NCBI GenBank assembly: GCA_965249275.1
Contig: CBDFLQ010000006.1
Coordinates: 352,001-416,000 of the forward strand
Source of the DNA: Dehalococcoidia bacterium
GTDB lineage: Bacteria; Chloroflexota; Dehalococcoidia; Plut-88900
Length of the DNA stretch: 64,000 bases
Direction of reading: 5' to 3'
The translations under genes and the position numbers were made by a program. This document shows positions 11,238 to 22,111 of this stretch, in pieces. A model generated the notes under the pieces. It searched no databases, was not told where the DNA came from, and saw nothing but the letters and a program-made list of their open reading frames with translations. Each line of letters opens with the position of its first letter. Positions within the stretch are counted from its first letter, which is position 1.

Positions 11238-12056
11238 ATGCTTAGCGAGTACAGTTTGGAAGGGAAGTCCGCTCTCATTACCGGCGGGGGCCGGGGTATC
11301 GGCAAGGCTATCGCTTTGGTGTTGGCCGAGGCCGGCGCCGACGTCGCGGTCGCTTCTCGAACCCTGGAACAAGTTGAACAGGTTGCCGATGAAATACGGG
11401 CCCTAGGCCGAAACTCCGTCGCTGTGCAGTTAGACGTATCCGATTCGGCCCAGGCTGAGCCAGCGGTATCCCAGGCCACCGCCGCCCTGGGGAAAATCGA
11501 TATCCTGGTCAACAATGCTGGCATAAGCTACGGTGCCGTACCCGTAATACCAATTGAGAAGCTCCCAGAGGAAAAGATCTCCGGTGACCTGAAGGCCGGG
11601 CTGACCGATGAGCAATGGATCCGCCTCCTAAACATTAACCTCAGCGGCGCTTTCTACTGCTGCCGAGCCGTAGCCGGCCAGATGTTGGAACGGCGAAGCG
11701 GCAAGATCATCAACGTCTCATCTATGACCGGCATCCTTGCTGAGGCCTACTACACCGCCTACGACAGCTCCAAGGCTGCCCTTAACATGCTTACTAAGTG
11801 CTTGGCTCTGGAGTGGGGCCGGTTCAACATCAACGTCAACGGCATTGGTCCCGGCTGGTTCATGACCGAGATGACCAGACCCGGTTTCATCGATCAGGCC
11901 GTCCACGAGGCCCGTGTCAAAGGCGTCCCCCTCCAGCGCCTCACCGACGCCCGGGACGTCGGACTGTTGGCCGTTTACCTGGCCAGCCCAGCCTCGGACT
12001 GGATGACAGGTCAGGTGATCTACCTGGACGGTGGGCAGTCGGCAATACATGCCTAG
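11238..12056 (+). CDS. Short-chain dehydrogenase/reductase (KduD/FabG-like)
   Basis: TGGGRGIG, NNAG, YxxSK (YDSSK), NGIGPG. Confidence 0.92.
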   Translation: MLSEYSLEGKSALITGGGRGIGKAIALVLAEAGADVAVASRTLEQVEQVADEIRALGRNSVAVQLDVSDSAQAEPAVSQATAALGKIDILVNNAGISYGAVPVIPIEKLPEEKISGDLKAGLTDEQWIRLLNINLSGAFYCCRAVAGQMLERRSGKIINVSSMTGILAEAYYTAYDSSKAALNMLTKCLALEWGRFNINVNGIGPGWFMTEMTRPGFIDQAVHEARVKGVPLQRLTDARDVGLLAVYLASPASDWMTGQVIYLDGGQSAIHA

Positions 12057-12146
12057 ACGAACGTCGCCCTGAAGTTGAAATCAAGCCACCCAATTCCAGC
12101 GCTCTCCAGCCCATCATTCTGGGAATCAAGGGCCGTGGCTCGTAGA

Positions 12147-13550
12147 TCAGCTAACGACCGGCCACCCGAGTCCCAGGTCAACCCCGAGCCGCCTCGCCCG
12201 ATCAACGACCGAATCAGAAACTGTCCGGTAAACCTCCAGCTCATCCACTCGGGTTGAGTGTCCTCCGCTGAAGACCACCTTACCGTTAACCAGGACAGTA
12301 TCCACGCTTCCGGTTCCCATCGTTAGCGCCAACAAGTGCAATGGGTTGTTCGAGGGATACGCTTCAGCCGCGCCCGCAGACCTCACAACGACGTCCGCGC
12401 GCTTACCGGATTCCAAGCTTCCAAGCTCAGCATTCATACCGGCGGCCGAGGCCGCGTTGATGGTTTGCATTTCGAGTAACGCTCCGGGGGAAAGAGGGTC
12501 CGCATAGGTTTGTGATACGTAGTGCGCAGCGAGTATGATCCCACCCGGAGTGCATCCGATAGCGCCGTCGGTGCCAAGCGAGACACGGGTTCCTCGTTGG
12601 TACCGCTGCGCCATCTTGAAGTTGGCACTTCCTCCGAACCCGAGCGAGAAGAAGGCAGCCGGGCACCATACTATCTGGCAGCCCGATTCCTGGACCGCTC
12701 TCTCTTCCTCTTCGTCCAGCACGTTTGCATGGACTATGACGGTGTGCTCGTCGAGTACACCGAGCTCCTGCAGGTGCATGATGTGGCTGGTGCCGTTTAT
12801 GGCGCGATAGATCGCGGGCTCTCCTGGAACGTAACCGGCATGAAGCTGGAAGGGCACGTTATTATCGCGGGCACATGCGTGTGCCGCTTGCAACAGTTCA
12901 GGCGAGGCAGTGCCTGCGCCGTAGACGAAAATGTAACCTCGGACCAACGCTTCGGGGTCTCCATTGCGGTGAAGCTCCACGTCCAATTGCCCCAGTGACC
13001 GGTCGAGATCGATGGGCGCACGAGCCATCAGGCTAGGACTTATTAGCGATGGTACAGCATCGAAAGACTCGCGCCTGTCCCATAGATAGAGCGGGGCGAA
13101 AAGCGCTCTCATGCCCACCCGCTCGACCGCCTCAGCCCCCGCCTCGGTCGAGAACAGTGAACCCGGTTCTATAAACATCGTAAAGCCACTTCGAAGCATC
13201 TCGAGACTGGCCATGGCGGTGGCAGCGGCCTCGTCCTCATCGGTCACTCCGGCTTTCCAGGTTGCGAAGTTGATCGGTGATGGGTTCGCATCGCGGACGT
13301 TGCCAACCCCCCGACAGGAAGTGTGGACGATATGATTGTGAGCATCGATGAAGCCAGGATGCACGATGCCGCCTTCGGCATCTATCGTCTCCCTCGCATC
13401 GAATCGCTGTCTCAGGTCGGCATGGGTGCCGACCTCTACAATGCGCGAGCCGGTGATCGCCACCGCGCCCGTGCGATAGATTCTGCGCTCCGAGTCCATG
13501 GTGATGATCTGACCGTTGTGAATTAGAACGTCGCACGTGCTCTTGTTCAT
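12147..13550 (-). CDS. Amidohydrolase_1 family deaminase (MtaD/AtzA-like)
   Basis: PGFIDAHNH, LHAG, HANV, SLGTDG, GSLESGKRAD; start taken at MNKSTC. Confidence 0.85.
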   Translation of the reverse strand: MNKSTCDVLIHNGQIITMDSERRIYRTGAVAITGSRIVEVGTHADLRQRFDARETIDAEGGIVHPGFIDAHNHIVHTSCRGVGNVRDANPSPINFATWKAGVTDEDEAAATAMASLEMLRSGFTMFIEPGSLFSTEAGAEAVERVGMRALFAPLYLWDRRESFDAVPSLISPSLMARAPIDLDRSLGQLDVELHRNGDPEALVRGYIFVYGAGTASPELLQAAHACARDNNVPFQLHAGYVPGEPAIYRAINGTSHIMHLQELGVLDEHTVIVHANVLDEEEERAVQESGCQIVWCPAAFFSLGFGGSANFKMAQRYQRGTRVSLGTDGAIGCTPGGIILAAHYVSQTYADPLSPGALLEMQTINAASAAGMNAELGSLESGKRADVVVRSAGAAEAYPSNNPLHLLALTMGTGSVDTVLVNGKVVFSGGHSTRVDELEVYRTVSDSVVDRARRLGVDLGLGWPVVS

Positions 13551-13763
13551 CTGATTGTGATCCAACTTCCTTGGTGGACTAATTCTCAACGCGGTTAAAC
13601 AATAGACTGTACTGCCTCACTGGATTGTATTCAGGCGTGCATCCAGTGGCCCGGAATAAACCATCTTGAGACCGGAACGTTCTGAACCGTCAATGGGTTT
13701 CCGCTGTGGAGGAGCCCCTCTGGTCTTCTCCTCAATCGGCAGGACTGCTTCTCGAAGGCGTAG

Positions 13764-16220
13764 CTAAGCCTTTATCTTCTCGCTTTTCGGGTCATAGGGC
13801 GGGCCGAGACGTACATTGGCCGAAAAGCTCTCGGTAGCAACCTCTATTTCATAAGAGCCTGAGCGTATCCAGCCGGGAGTTGCTCCCTCTTCATTTTCGA
13901 GGTAGCCCATAGCCACTGACCGACCCAGTGCGTGACCATAATTCCCTGAAGTTGTGCGGCCCACAATAACCCCATCTCGATAGATGGGCTCATCGCCCAG
14001 CAGGAGCGGCTCCGGGTCTTCCAGTACGAATATGGCCAGCCGCTTTTCCAGTCCCCTCTCACTTTGACGCAGCAGAGCATCTCTCCCGATGAAATCGACA
14101 CCCTTGTCGAAGGCCACTGCAAATCTAAGACCGGCCTCAAGGGGAGTATCTACGCTGGTGATGTCGTGGCCCCAGCTCCGGTACGCCTTTTCCAACCGCA
14201 GCGAGTCCAACGCATGGTAGCCGGCGTGCATTAACCCGAATTCTCCGCCTTCTTCGACTATGGAATCGTACACGTTACAGGCGTACTCACTGGGAATGTA
14301 AAGCTCCCAACCCAGCTCACCCACATAGGTGATCCGCGAGGCACGCACCGGCGCATAGCCGAGATAGATATCCTTCGACGTTAGGAACGGAAAAGCCTCG
14401 TTTGACAGGTCGGCGTCGGTAAGGCGGGATAAAAGGTCCCGGGAGCGAGGCCCCATCACACTCAGCACGGCATAGGATGACGAGACGTCTGTAAGCGTCG
14501 CTCTCGCATCATCGGGAATGTGCCTTCTCATCCAGGTGTAGTCCCGGGTCACCGACCCTGCGGACGTCACAATCATGTACGTGTCTTCCGCTATACGGTT
14601 CACCGTCAAGTCCGACACGATTCCGCCACGCGCATTCAGCATGGCGGTGTAGACCAGACTGCCTGGTTCCACGGCTACGTTGTTGGCCATCAGGCGTTGC
14701 AGGACGGATTCGGCGTCGGCTCCTTGAAGCAGGAACTTGGCAAAGGAGGTCTGGTCGAACAAGCCTACGGCTTGCCGCACTGCCAAGTGCTCCTTGGCAG
14801 AATGGTCAAACCAGTTCTGTCGCCCCCAGGAGTACTCGTAAACGGGATCTACCCCCTCTGGGGCGTACCAGTTGGGTCGCTCCCATCCGGCAACAACCCC
14901 GAAACATGCGCCCTGAGAAACGAGACGTTGGTGCAAAGGCGACTGGCGCACGTTTCGGGCCGACTCCGGTTGCCTGTAAGGCCAGTGCATGGCGTAAAGC
15001 AGGCCCAGGGCCTCCCCGGTTCGGTCCCGCAGGTAGGCGGGATTGTTAGCCCAACTCTGGAAGCGACCAATGTCCACCTCCGAGAGGTCCTCCGTCATCT
15101 CCCCCTCCGTGATCCACTCAGCCATAGACTTGCCCGCTCCTGCAGCCGACGCTACGCCGCTGGAGTTGAAACCGGCGGCCACGAAGAAGTTGCGCAGCTC
15201 GGGGGCCTCACCCATGATGTAGCGGGTGTCAGGCGTAAAGCTCTCTGGCCCGACAAGTTTGATGCGCACTCCCGCATCGGCTATGGCCGGGACGCGGTCC
15301 ATGGCTTTTTTCATCAATATGTCGTAGTGGCTCCAATCACGGTTGAGCATGTGGAGGGAAAAATCGTCTGGTATGCCGTCCATCCCCCAGGGTACCCCCT
15401 CGGGCTCAAAGCCGCCGATCAGTATTCCACCGCCTTCGAAGGGGTATCGCCGTACATAGATGTAACCGTCGGGGTCGCGAAGTGAGGGCATGTCCTCCGA
15501 GGCACCGGGCACCGGTTCGGTGACGAAGTAGGCGTGGTCGGCGGCGTGGAGAGGGATGGCTACTCCGCACATCAGCCCGATCTCCCGGGCCCACATTCCG
15601 GCGCAGTTCACCACTACTTCACATCTGATGTCTCCACGTGCTGTAGAGACGCCCGACACCGCTCCACCACTGGTCAAAATGTTATTCACAGGGGTGTTCT
15701 CGATGATTTGCACACCTCGATTGGTAGCCCCGGTTGCCAGTGCGTTAGCCGTGCTGTCCGGCACAGTTTCACCATCGTAGGGCAGGTGTACCGCTCCAAC
15801 CAACCCTTCAGTGCTCAACAACGGCCAGAGCTCTTCCGCCTCGTCCAGGCCAATCTCGTTCATCTCCACGCCAAAGCTCTTGGCCATGGATATCATTCGA
15901 CGAAGCTCGTCCATGCGGCCCTGGGTACGGGCCACACTTATGCTTCCCGTCTGTCGAAAACCGGTGTCCAGTCCGGTCTCATCCTTGAGCTCCTGGTAAA
16001 GCTGAACGCCGTAACGAGAGATATCCGTCAATGCGCGGGTATGACGTAGCTGGGTTACCAGTCCCGCCGAGTGAGCAGTGGTTCCGCTGACAATGGCGCT
16101 TCGTTCCAGTGCCACCACATCTTTCCACCCCATCTTTGCAAGGTGATAGGCGACGCTGCACCCCACGATACCCGCGCCAATGACTACGACCTCGGCGTGT
16201 TGTGGTAAGTTCTTAGCCAT
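13764..16220 (-). CDS. GcvT-family FAD-dependent oxidoreductase (dimethylglycine/sarcosine dehydrogenase-like)
   Basis: GAGIVG FAD motif, ESFTPD, GWERPNW, TYVGELGWELY, SLRLEKAY. Confidence 0.92.
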   Translation of the reverse strand: MAKNLPQHAEVVVIGAGIVGCSVAYHLAKMGWKDVVALERSAIVSGTTAHSAGLVTQLRHTRALTDISRYGVQLYQELKDETGLDTGFRQTGSISVARTQGRMDELRRMISMAKSFGVEMNEIGLDEAEELWPLLSTEGLVGAVHLPYDGETVPDSTANALATGATNRGVQIIENTPVNNILTSGGAVSGVSTARGDIRCEVVVNCAGMWAREIGLMCGVAIPLHAADHAYFVTEPVPGASEDMPSLRDPDGYIYVRRYPFEGGGILIGGFEPEGVPWGMDGIPDDFSLHMLNRDWSHYDILMKKAMDRVPAIADAGVRIKLVGPESFTPDTRYIMGEAPELRNFFVAAGFNSSGVASAAGAGKSMAEWITEGEMTEDLSEVDIGRFQSWANNPAYLRDRTGEALGLLYAMHWPYRQPESARNVRQSPLHQRLVSQGACFGVVAGWERPNWYAPEGVDPVYEYSWGRQNWFDHSAKEHLAVRQAVGLFDQTSFAKFLLQGADAESVLQRLMANNVAVEPGSLVYTAMLNARGGIVSDLTVNRIAEDTYMIVTSAGSVTRDYTWMRRHIPDDARATLTDVSSSYAVLSVMGPRSRDLLSRLTDADLSNEAFPFLTSKDIYLGYAPVRASRITYVGELGWELYIPSEYACNVYDSIVEEGGEFGLMHAGYHALDSLRLEKAYRSWGHDITSVDTPLEAGLRFAVAFDKGVDFIGRDALLRQSERGLEKRLAIFVLEDPEPLLLGDEPIYRDGVIVGRTTSGNYGHALGRSVAMGYLENEEGATPGWIRSGSYEIEVATESFSANVRLGPPYDPKSEKIKA

Positions 16221-16457
16221 GATTTAGCTGCGTAGGCTAGCATTACCCTTCTGAGTGGTCAATCCAATCTGTTTCATCTACAGAGTAACAGGGAAGGTGT
16301 TACGTAAAGCCGCTTTAGTGTCTTGGGGACAGCGCAGATTGCCTGAACCATCCCATCGAGCCAACCAAGTCCGGCCCCCTATAGACTGCACCACCCAGGA
16401 AGATATCGGCTTTGAGGATTCCCGTGATCCATTCTGTGGTTCCGACAAGCTAGCGTC

Positions 16458-17321
16458 ATGATTGCTGATAGCGTGAGCATGGGCCTGTTGGCGGCCCTGG
16501 GCTTCGGACTGGCAGAGTTCGCTAGCGCACTGCTTGCCCGCAGGACCAGCCACTTTAGGCTGATCTTCGGAGTAAACGTAGCTTCCGTGCTGGCTGCCAC
16601 TGCCTACGTTCCCTTCGATGGCAGCATCGTCCACACATCAAGCCAGCAGTGGCTCACCTTCATCGGTCTCGGTGTCCTCTATAGCATGACCTACGTCCTG
16701 TATTACGCGTCCCTTCAGCGTGGGCCCGTAGCCATCGTCAGCCCGATAATGTCCGTCTACAAGGCCGTCGTAATCATCCTCGCCGTCCTGCTCCTCGCCG
16801 AGCCTCTGTCCCCAGGCCAGTCTTCAGGCGCCGCCGCGGCTCTGCTTGGCGTTTTCCTGGCATCTATAAACATCGCGGAACTGAAAGGCGGGCGCATCGT
16901 CATTGGAAGAGGTGTCTTCTTCGGCTTCTTAGCCATGATCGCCTTCGGCGTCTTCTACTACGCCGTCGCCGCCCTTTCAAAAGACCTCGGCTGGTTCCTG
17001 CCAATCTACATGATCAGGATGTTCACGGCTGTTCTCGTGGCGCCCCTCGCCATAAGACAACGCCCCGAGCCCCACCAACGCCTAACCACCAGAATCACTT
17101 TGGCAATCCTCGCGATCGGCGCCATCGAGATCGGCGGCATGTTCGCTTTCGCTAGGGGCGCTCAAGTGGGGAATGTGGCCATCGTCGCCGCCGTCTCGTC
17201 CGCCTACACCCTGGTCCCGATCGCTGGCGCTATCACCTTACTCCGCGAGCGTCTGCGCCCGATCCAGATTCTGGGGGTCGCATCGGTCGTGACCGGCGTG
17301 ATTCTGCTGAGCACTACATGA
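16458..17321 (+). CDS. EamA/DMT family transporter
   Basis: About 10 hydrophobic segments in two repeats; LLRERL near the C-terminus. Confidence 0.85.
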   Translation: MIADSVSMGLLAALGFGLAEFASALLARRTSHFRLIFGVNVASVLAATAYVPFDGSIVHTSSQQWLTFIGLGVLYSMTYVLYYASLQRGPVAIVSPIMSVYKAVVIILAVLLLAEPLSPGQSSGAAAALLGVFLASINIAELKGGRIVIGRGVFFGFLAMIAFGVFYYAVAALSKDLGWFLPIYMIRMFTAVLVAPLAIRQRPEPHQRLTTRITLAILAIGAIEIGGMFAFARGAQVGNVAIVAAVSSAYTLVPIAGAITLLRERLRPIQILGVASVVTGVILLSTT

Positions 17322-17504
17322 ATACCAACAGACCCCCGCAAGACTAGCCGCTGCTGTGCAGACGCTATCTCCACCTCTGCTGTCGGGATACGTGAGTTCC
17401 TACAAACCAGCGCACTCACTGAGTCCCGCCTCATCGCTGAATTGTTCTCTGTGGGAATATTTGGACCCTCAGAAAGAGCAGTTGTCCGCTAACCCCGCCC
17501 CAGC

Positions 17505-18740
17505 CTACCGTTCGGCCCGAGCCATACGCAACCGGACCACAGGTTTGTCATTGATTGGGAAGTGCACTATGGCGGCGAACACCCCGAAGCCGACTCCCGC
17601 CCACCACATAGCGTCATAAGAGCCTGTGCGGTCGTAGAGCAACCCACCCATCCACACTCCAATAAAACTCCCGACCTGATGGCTCAGGAAAACAAGGCCA
17701 AACAGGGTGGCCATGAACTTGAGCCCGAATATCTGCGCCACTATCCCCGTGGTCAAAGGCACGGTTGACAGCCAAAGTAGTCCCATTGATGCCGCAAATA
17801 GATAGATTGTCAGCCCGTTGGCCGGGGCCATCAGAAGTCCCAGGATGATCAGCGCCCGGGTGAAATAGATGAAGGACAGCCCCATCTTCTTGGAGTATCG
17901 TTGCCCGAACGCTCCTGACGCCAGAGAACCAATAATGTTGAACAGCCCTATTAGTGAAAGCGCATATGCGCCTGTCTGAGCCGAGAGACCGAGATCGGTG
18001 ACGTACGTGGGGAAATGCACGGTGATAAACGCAACGTGGAATCCGCATACGAAGAAACCCGCCGTAAGGAGCAAGTAGCTCCGATGATTTACCGCCTCGC
18101 CCAAGGCATTGGTCAGGCCCTGGTCCGATGCTGGTTCTCCTCGTGATTCCGAGCTGCCTCGAAGGCTGAACGCCAGCGGTATCAAGACCAATGAGACCAC
18201 AGACATCACCAGTAGGGAGTCGTACCAGCCGTAGCGGGATATCAAGGCCTGATTGATCGGAGAAAAGATAACTTGGCCTAGAGATCCTGCAGCGGTTCCA
18301 AGCCCCAACGCCAGGGATCGCCGGCCCGGCCCGATAAGGCGGGCAATGGCCGCCAGCACCAGGGAGAACGAGCAGAACGCTACTCCCAAACCAACGAGAA
18401 TCCCTCCGGTCAGGTGTAGCGCGAGCCCACTGTCCGACATCGCCATTCCAGCAATGCCAACAGAGTAAACCGCCGCCCCAAGGGCGACTACCTTGGCTGT
18501 CCCGAATCTGTCCGCAATCGCCCCGGCCACCGGTACGCCAATGCCCCACAACAAATTCTGGATCGCCATCGCCAACGAAAAGGTCTCCCGAGACCATCCG
18601 TTGGCAACCGTCATCGGCTCCAGATATAGGCCGAAGCTGGCCCGGATTCCGAACCCGATAAGAGAGATCAGGCATGCCGCCGCGATTACCGCAACTACGG
18701 CAAAGCGTCCGGGATTAGTGCTGATGTAGGCGTAGCTCAA
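17505..18740 (-). CDS. MFS transporter
   Basis: GAIADRFG motif A, about 12 TM segments, GFFVCGFH, LWLSTVP. Confidence 0.9.
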   Translation of the reverse strand: MSYAYISTNPGRFAVVAVIAAACLISLIGFGIRASFGLYLEPMTVANGWSRETFSLAMAIQNLLWGIGVPVAGAIADRFGTAKVVALGAAVYSVGIAGMAMSDSGLALHLTGGILVGLGVAFCSFSLVLAAIARLIGPGRRSLALGLGTAAGSLGQVIFSPINQALISRYGWYDSLLVMSVVSLVLIPLAFSLRGSSESRGEPASDQGLTNALGEAVNHRSYLLLTAGFFVCGFHVAFITVHFPTYVTDLGLSAQTGAYALSLIGLFNIIGSLASGAFGQRYSKKMGLSFIYFTRALIILGLLMAPANGLTIYLFAASMGLLWLSTVPLTTGIVAQIFGLKFMATLFGLVFLSHQVGSFIGVWMGGLLYDRTGSYDAMWWAGVGFGVFAAIVHFPINDKPVVRLRMARAER

Positions 18741-18895
18741 GAAAGTTAGTTCTGTAGCAACTCAACGTCGTAGTGGGCGCGAAAACCGATAGTTTTCTGT
18801 CGGAATTTCGCCCGGCATCTAACTATACACGAGTGGAATAGGATGGCTTCCAGTTCACCGCCCACTAATAGCCGACCATAGATGTATATGTAGTA

Positions 18896-19834
18896 CTACG
18901 AACCTTCGATTTCGCCGTGCGATTGTAGGGCGCGATGGGTGGCGATTCGTTGGGCAAGGTCGGGGAACGAGAGGTCAATCTCGTAGCGGTAGTCATCCCA
19001 GTAGCCGTCACGGCTGGGGTCGAAATGCCGAGGTGGCGTGGCGCTGGCAAGAGCAGCCTGTTTCATGCTCCGCTCGATCGTTCCTCGCCGGGAGACCGCC
19101 TCCTCAGGCGGGACAGGTGGGAGCACGGTCAGGCTCATGGACTGGTTGGTGCGAAGTGTGGGTGTAAATGGGTGCTCCCAGACACGGTGCCCGCCCGTGA
19201 CGACTACCGGCAGGATCGGGCGTCCGAGGCGCTCCGCGAGATTGAAGGCCCCAGGCTGAAATGCAACTTCGATCCCGAGGATAGAACCCTGAGGGAATAG
19301 GAGAACGCTTTCTCCGGACTTGATCGCAGTGCGGGCGTCGCGAAGGAGCGAGCGTGTTGTCGAGACCGGTCGCTCGGGCCGGATCAAAAGGTGCCGCCCA
19401 CGCTCGAGATGGCCGCCGAGAACCGGGAACGCGGCAAGCTCGTCTCGGGCGACAACTGTGAACGAGAGTGGTAGATGTAGGAGGGCGAGGCCGTCCGCGA
19501 AGCCCTCGTGAAGTGCTACAACCACGTACTGTTCGTCCGGGTCGATGTGTTCGAGGCCGTTGATGCGAATGCTCAGACCGAGGAGGCGGGCGGCAAGCCG
19601 AGCCCACCAGCGCTCCGCGGCCCGGCAGGCAGCCCGGCCGCGTATGGGCAACAGGTTTGGCAGCACCGTAGCGATTCGAAGTATGAGCCTTGCAGGACCG
19701 AGCAGTATGAGGACGGCTGCCCACGCCCTAAACCATTCCCGAGTGGAGCCGACAGCGAGATAGCCGCCGAGAAGGATGCGTGAAGCGCCGTCCGAGGCGA
19801 CGGCGGCGACGGAAGCAGTATCGTCAGGCGTCAT
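18896..19834 (-). CDS. PlsC-like lysophospholipid acyltransferase
   Basis: HxxxxD (LHEGFAD), ARDEL, LFPQGS, GAFNLA, PILPV; start MTPDD overlaps the end of the upstream gene. Confidence 0.75.
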   Translation of the reverse strand: MTPDDTASVAAVASDGASRILLGGYLAVGSTREWFRAWAAVLILLGPARLILRIATVLPNLLPIRGRAACRAAERWWARLAARLLGLSIRINGLEHIDPDEQYVVVALHEGFADGLALLHLPLSFTVVARDELAAFPVLGGHLERGRHLLIRPERPVSTTRSLLRDARTAIKSGESVLLFPQGSILGIEVAFQPGAFNLAERLGRPILPVVVTGGHRVWEHPFTPTLRTNQSMSLTVLPPVPPEEAVSRRGTIERSMKQAALASATPPRHFDPSRDGYWDDYRYEIDLSFPDLAQRIATHRALQSHGEIEGS

Positions 19835-20162
19835 CGGCCGTGGCGGAGCGGGCGTCGCGCACCAGCGCTCCGCGTAGTCCATCTTCATCAGGGACGACAC
19901 CCTGGGTGCTGACCTTCCCGTTGATCGTAACCACAGGCGGGTGCCATCCGCCACGACGCAGGGCGTCAAAAATGTGGTTGAACCACGGCTTGATCCGAAC
20001 TTCTACATGGGGGAGGTCCGAGGCAACGCGCTGGACCAAGCGAACGGTTAAGTCGCACTCCTCGCAGACGGCGTGAGGCACGTTGAAGAACAGTTGCCGG
20101 CCGGTCATTGGATAGACGGTCACGACGGTCGGGGCCTGGGTATCTCTTGATGAGTCAGTCAT
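19824..20162 (-). CDS. Small thioredoxin/glutaredoxin-like protein (CEEC)
   Basis: CxxC motif and a cis-Pro-like PPVVTING..GVVP segment; overlaps the acyltransferase gene. Confidence 0.65.
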   Translation of the reverse strand: MTDSSRDTQAPTVVTVYPMTGRQLFFNVPHAVCEECDLTVRLVQRVASDLPHVEVRIKPWFNHIFDALRRGGWHPPVVTINGKVSTQGVVPDEDGLRGALVRDARSATADDA

Positions 20163-20177
20163 GAAGCCGTGGGCACT

Positions 20178-21380
20178 CTACGAACCGAGCCCGTACAGAT
20201 TCACGGCGTTTTCACCTATGATCTGTCTCTGCTCCTCCTCGGAAAGATCGCCGATTCTTTCTGTCAATTCCCCCAACGGGTCTGTGTGGCCTTCTCCGTG
20301 CGGGTAATCAGAACCCCAGACCAACCTGTCGGCGCCCAGCATCTGTGCAGTGAAGGCGAACGCCTTTTCGTCCGGCTCGCCCGATATCCAGCACTGCCGC
20401 TTGAAATAATCGCTGGGCAGAAGACTGACCCCGGGTTCGCGTGACATCGCCGAGTCCATGGCATCCAGCCATGCGGGCATCCAGCCGCAATGGGCCTCCA
20501 CTACGCCCAACTTCAGCTTCGGAAAACGGTCGAACACGCCTCCCTGGAAGAATGTGGTGAAAGCCAATTGGCAGTCCAGCTTTTGCATCAGCCCGTACCA
20601 AAACCCGTTACTGGTGAATGTGGCCTTGTACAAATCGTGGCCCACGTATCTGGGGGTGCTGCTGACGTGAATGCCAATGGGCAGGTCTATCTCCTGCACT
20701 TCGGCCCAGAACGGATCGTAGTATTTCTCTCCATATGGGATGCCATTCACCGGCGGGTTAGGAAACATGTACACACCCTTAGCCCCAAGCTTGGCAGTCC
20801 GTTTCACCTCCTCGACTCCGTTTTTCACTTCCATGAGCGAGATCATGGCTATGGGGATAAGTCGGTCCGGATAGGGCCGGCAAAAGTCGATTATCCAGTC
20901 GTTGTACACCCGACAATACGCGGCCGCTAGATCGGCGTCCCCGCATTCCGTCTGCCAGTTGAGCCCCAGCGAGGGATACAGGAAGGCGAGATCGATGCCG
21001 TGCTCGGTCATCCACTCTATTCGAGCGTGAGGGTCCCTGGACCCGGGAGTCCTGCAGTCCTCCCAGTTGAGGAGTTCCGGCCTGTCCTCCTTACGTCTCC
21101 AGGCCGCACCCTCGTCCAAGGTTCCCAAGAACCCCAGGGCGCCATCTAGGACCTCGGATCTGCTGCCGTCTATCTCCAGGTAGTCGAGCCCATCCTCCCC
21201 CCTTGTCACCTGCATAGCCCTATCCCGATATCGAGGTTCCAGGTTCTCCTTCCACAGATCTCCGGGCTCCATGATGTGCCCGTCGGCATCCGCTGCCACC
21301 CCGTTATGTCTACCATTGGCACCCATATTTCTGATCTCCCTTCTAACACCCCTCGAACTCGGCAAGTGGCCCTCGGTCAT
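20178..21380 (-). CDS. Amidohydrolase_2 family protein
   Basis: DADGHIME, LYPSLGL, PIGIH, WGSDYPH; true start may be MGANG near 21326. Confidence 0.88.
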   Translation of the reverse strand: MTEGHLPSSRGVRREIRNMGANGRHNGVAADADGHIMEPGDLWKENLEPRYRDRAMQVTRGEDGLDYLEIDGSRSEVLDGALGFLGTLDEGAAWRRKEDRPELLNWEDCRTPGSRDPHARIEWMTEHGIDLAFLYPSLGLNWQTECGDADLAAAYCRVYNDWIIDFCRPYPDRLIPIAMISLMEVKNGVEEVKRTAKLGAKGVYMFPNPPVNGIPYGEKYYDPFWAEVQEIDLPIGIHVSSTPRYVGHDLYKATFTSNGFWYGLMQKLDCQLAFTTFFQGGVFDRFPKLKLGVVEAHCGWMPAWLDAMDSAMSREPGVSLLPSDYFKRQCWISGEPDEKAFAFTAQMLGADRLVWGSDYPHGEGHTDPLGELTERIGDLSEEEQRQIIGENAVNLYGLGS

Positions 21381-21585
21381 TTAGGTTTTCTCAATCTCCT
21401 TGCATCCTAGGCGTAAGCAATAATAACGAGCTTGTCTTAGGAACGCCAATTCATTTCCTCTGACCTTACCGGCTAAAGTCTGGTGCAATTAAGTCGTTTG
21501 CAGAGTCAGAAGGGATCGCCAATCCGAAGCCTCCTTCCCGCGGGAGCACCGGTGTTAGAATCGACGGTCTAGGAGGCTCATAATT

Positions 21586-22008
21586 ATGCAAACGCTTTCA
21601 GTCGAAGAGGCGATTCAAAAGCCGGCTCCTCAAGTGTGGGAGACCCTCACCGATTGGACGAACGCCCACAGGTGGATGCCCGGAATCGAAGGGATGACCG
21701 CCGAGGGAGAAACCGCAACAGGCACGAAACTGAACTTCCGAGCCCGTGGCGCGGATCGCTCAAGCACCATCATCCACTGTGACGTCGGTCGATCAATAGT
21801 CCTGCGTTCGATCCAGGGCGGTGTGACTGCGGATTACACATACGAAGTGCACGAGATAGACGAGCGGTCCTCCCGAGTCACCCTGGTCGCCAATTGTCAG
21901 ATCACGGGGCTATGGTGGAAACTGGCGTCACCCCTGCTTCGTCTGGCAATCCGATTCTCCGACGGTAAGCAGTTAAGACTGTTAAAGGCCATGGTTGAGG
22001 AAAACTAA
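21586..22008 (+). CDS. SRPBCC/polyketide cyclase-dehydrase family protein
   Basis: IQKPAPQVWETLTDW...WMPG pattern, 140 aa, AGGAGG RBS. Confidence 0.8.
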   Translation: MQTLSVEEAIQKPAPQVWETLTDWTNAHRWMPGIEGMTAEGETATGTKLNFRARGADRSSTIIHCDVGRSIVLRSIQGGVTADYTYEVHEIDERSSRVTLVANCQITGLWWKLASPLLRLAIRFSDGKQLRLLKAMVEEN

Positions 22009-22111
22009 TGCAGGTTCTTCTCGCTGAGGTTAAACTCGGCACCCGGGCCGATGCCGCCAATGGACATGCCATAGGTTCATTCTAAGTCCGCGGCGGCTAT
22101 GCAAGAGTTCC

